DNA of 64,000 nt, taken from positions 69,504,001 through 69,568,000 of the forward strand of contig CM059432.1 in NCBI GenBank assembly GCA_030390025.1. The letters run 5' to 3'. Every line of letters begins with the position of its first letter. The first letter of the stretch is position 1. Under the pieces are notes generated by a model. That model did no database searches. It saw nothing but the letters and a program-made list of their open reading frames with translations, and was not told the DNA's origin. Both the position numbers and the translations under genes were made by a program. Shown here piece by piece: positions 62,083 to 64,000 of the stretch. The stretch is from Squalus acanthias (Eukaryota).

Positions 62083-62465
62083 TTGCATCCAGGTCCACTC
62101 ACATTAGATGCAATGCAGACAGGTCCTCTCTCACCAACATCCAGACAGTCTCTGAGACCAGGCAGTCAACAATGATGACATCATCAGAGGCGACTTTCAG
62201 ACTGAAACCACTAATTAGTTCATGGGTTCCCACATGCTGCAACTCAATTGCCCAATTAAGTGAAAATTGCATCAGGCAGCCACATTAATCTGGAGTCGGG
62301 CGGGGAACACGAAATGCGGATTACACGACCCCAACCCGACCCCAAGACAAAATCCAGCCCATTAACTCTGTTTCTATCTCCACAGATGCTGCCTGACCTG
62401 CTGAGTATTTCCAGCATTTTCTGTTTTTATTTCAGATTTCCAGCATCTGCAGTATTTTGCTTTTG
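61563..62465 (+). mobile_element. Penelope-like repeat (family 2), TSD TAAAAGTC, interrupted by a MITE
   Basis: agttctgacaaaaggtcatcgacctgaaacatt|aactctg..ttttgcttttg; TAAAAGTC at 61555-61562 and 62466-62473. Confidence 0.72.
61601..62360. mobile_element. Non-autonomous Harbinger-like MITE, TSD ATT; contains (TC)n at ~62049-62078
   Basis: Perfect TIRs GGGCTGGATTTTG / CAAAATCCAGCCC flanked by ATT. Confidence 0.9.
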
Positions 62466-62957
62466 TAAAAGTCCTTATCCTTGTCTATAAATCCCTCCAT
62501 GGCCGAGCACCTCCCTACCTCTTCCAGCCATGTATCCCCTCCTCTCCCATCAACTCTCAAACTCTGGCTTTCTGTGCATGCCCACTCCCTTTGCCCCCAC
62601 CATTAATGACACAGCTTTGAGTCATCTCAGCCATACTCTGGAATCCCCTTCCTAAATCCCGCTGCTTCTCTGTCTTCCTTCAACTCATGTTTTGACATAA
62701 CCTTTCAGTCACTTCTCCGAACCTCTCTCTCCCATGGCTTCGCATCCGTTCCTCATTTCTCAGAAAAGTGCCTTGGTCTTCTAGTGCATATAAACACAAT
62801 TTACTGTTGTTTTGGTTCATCCCTAGCTCTTAAGTATGATTGATAAATTATTTGTAATTTGTCTCTGTGCTAATCTTAGAGTTTCTGTTAATTCACTAAA
62901 TAAGTTATGAAAAGAAAATTGATGTGCAAGACATTAATCTTAAGTTTTTACTTTCAG

Positions 62958-63109
62958 TGACTCAGTATGAGATCCTTGTTGTAACTGGAGATCTTTGGAA
63001 TGGTGGCACAGTAGCTAATGTCTTCATTATCATATATGGCAAAAGAGGTGACACAGGCTCAAGGCAGCTTATCAGATCAAATAATCCATTGAAGTTTCGG
63101 AAAGGCCAG
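62958..63109 (+). CDS. RP1: RP1-locus PLAT domain 2, exon a (VTQYEILVVTGDLWNGGTVANVFIIIYGKRGDTGSRQLIRSNNPLKFRKGQ)
   Basis: Acceptor tttcAG, donor GTttgg; phase 1/0, compatible with the previous exon; motif Y.I.V.TGD...GT.ANV.I.IYG..GDTG. Confidence 0.9.
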
Positions 63110-63294
63110 GTTTGGAATTTGAATTTTAAAATATACACACTATCTTACTATCTAGATACTGTGGACTAGATTTTCCCACTATCAGTAAATAGGTATATTA
63201 CTGTGATTTTAATTTGGTTATAGTGAGCAAAATGGGTTTCTGCAATGTTTGTGATTTACCCATCATTTCCCCAATGTTAATAGAAGTGGGGGAA

Positions 63295-63549
63295 ACACCA
63301 CCACCTCTAAGTTCCCCTTCAAGTCACACACCATCTTGACTTGGAAATATATTGCTGTTCCTTCGTTGTTGCTGGGCCAAAATCTTGGAACTCCTTACCT
63401 AACAGCACTGTGGGAGTACCTTCACCACACGGATGCAATGGTTCCAGAAGGAGGCTCACCACCACCTTCTCAAGGGCAACTAGGGATGGACAATAAATGC
63501 TAGCCTTGCCAACGGCCCCAACATCCCGCGAATGAATAAAAAAAAAAAC
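63295..63549 (+). mobile_element. 3'-end fragment of the same LINE family as 53625-57722
   Basis: Aligns by eye to 57480-57720; poly(A) tail. Confidence 0.8.
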
Positions 63550-64000
63550 TCAGGCTCAAGGAAGAGAGCAGATTTAAAAGTGTGCAGGTCAGCAGTGCTG
63601 TAGACACACAATCTGATGTTTGAAGTAGGATGGTAACGCAAGTGGCAGTGGAAATCAATGACCTGGTATTTCCTTGTATTTTTGCTGTAACAATGAGATA
63701 TGTGCAGCGTAGTGCCGATTTTTAATGAGAGAACTCATGTGCAAGTGATTTCCGCTGCTTTTGTATTGAAACATCACAACATGTGAGTTCCCTTGCTCTT
63801 TTTGGCTGGTTTTACCACTCGCCCTTCAAAACCCTGTACCGCTCATTTCCATAGCTCTTCCTCCCCCACTCCCCACCCCCATCCACTGGTGCAGCTGATG
63901 GGCATTCCCTGCTTTAACACCACCTGACGTAGATTTACACCCGGATATAAGAGGCGCAGCATGCCCCCCGTCACCTAATTTGGATGTATCTGAAGAGCTT

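Larger units (their letters stand above)
60190..62810 (+). mobile_element. Old L2-like LINE remnant with nested Penelope-like and MITE insertions
   Basis: Degenerate RT motifs LLVLLSLSTVFDAADH, WIHSYLS, YAADI; L2-like 3' end near 62770-62810. Confidence 0.65.

Noticed and set aside
24057..63109. PLAT exons as a separate LOXHD1 gene
   Set aside because: No start exon is visible, the strand is the same, and the first acceptor phase matches the RP1 junction; read as an RP1 isoform, though not proven without transcripts.

Overview
Eukaryotic vertebrate genomic DNA, most likely from a cartilaginous fish (inferred from HE1/V-SINE, CR1, Penelope-like and Harbinger repeat content). The window covers part of the RP1 gene on the + strand. 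It contains the ~6 kb terminal coding exon (3431-9432) and four small downstream exons (24057-24220, 48850-48936, 52623-52755, 62958-63109) that splice in frame into tandem PLAT/LH2 domains. The first PLAT exon has the same phase-1 acceptor as the giant exon, so the two look like alternative continuations of the upstream doublecortin exons, which lie outside the window. The introns are packed with nested transposons: four two-gene PIF/Harbinger elements (one nearly intact) plus MITEs with 3-bp TSDs, nested CR1 LINEs, a pogo/Tigger element, an RTE LINE, L2 remnants and tRNA-derived SINEs. The most notable non-genic signals are fold-back Penelope-like insertions with 12-14 bp TSDs, one carrying a complete minimal hammerhead ribozyme on both strands, and a LINE that starts with a tRNA-like Pol III head whose head-plus-tail SINE derivative is also in the window. 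Family assignments come from motif recognition by eye; no database searches were run.
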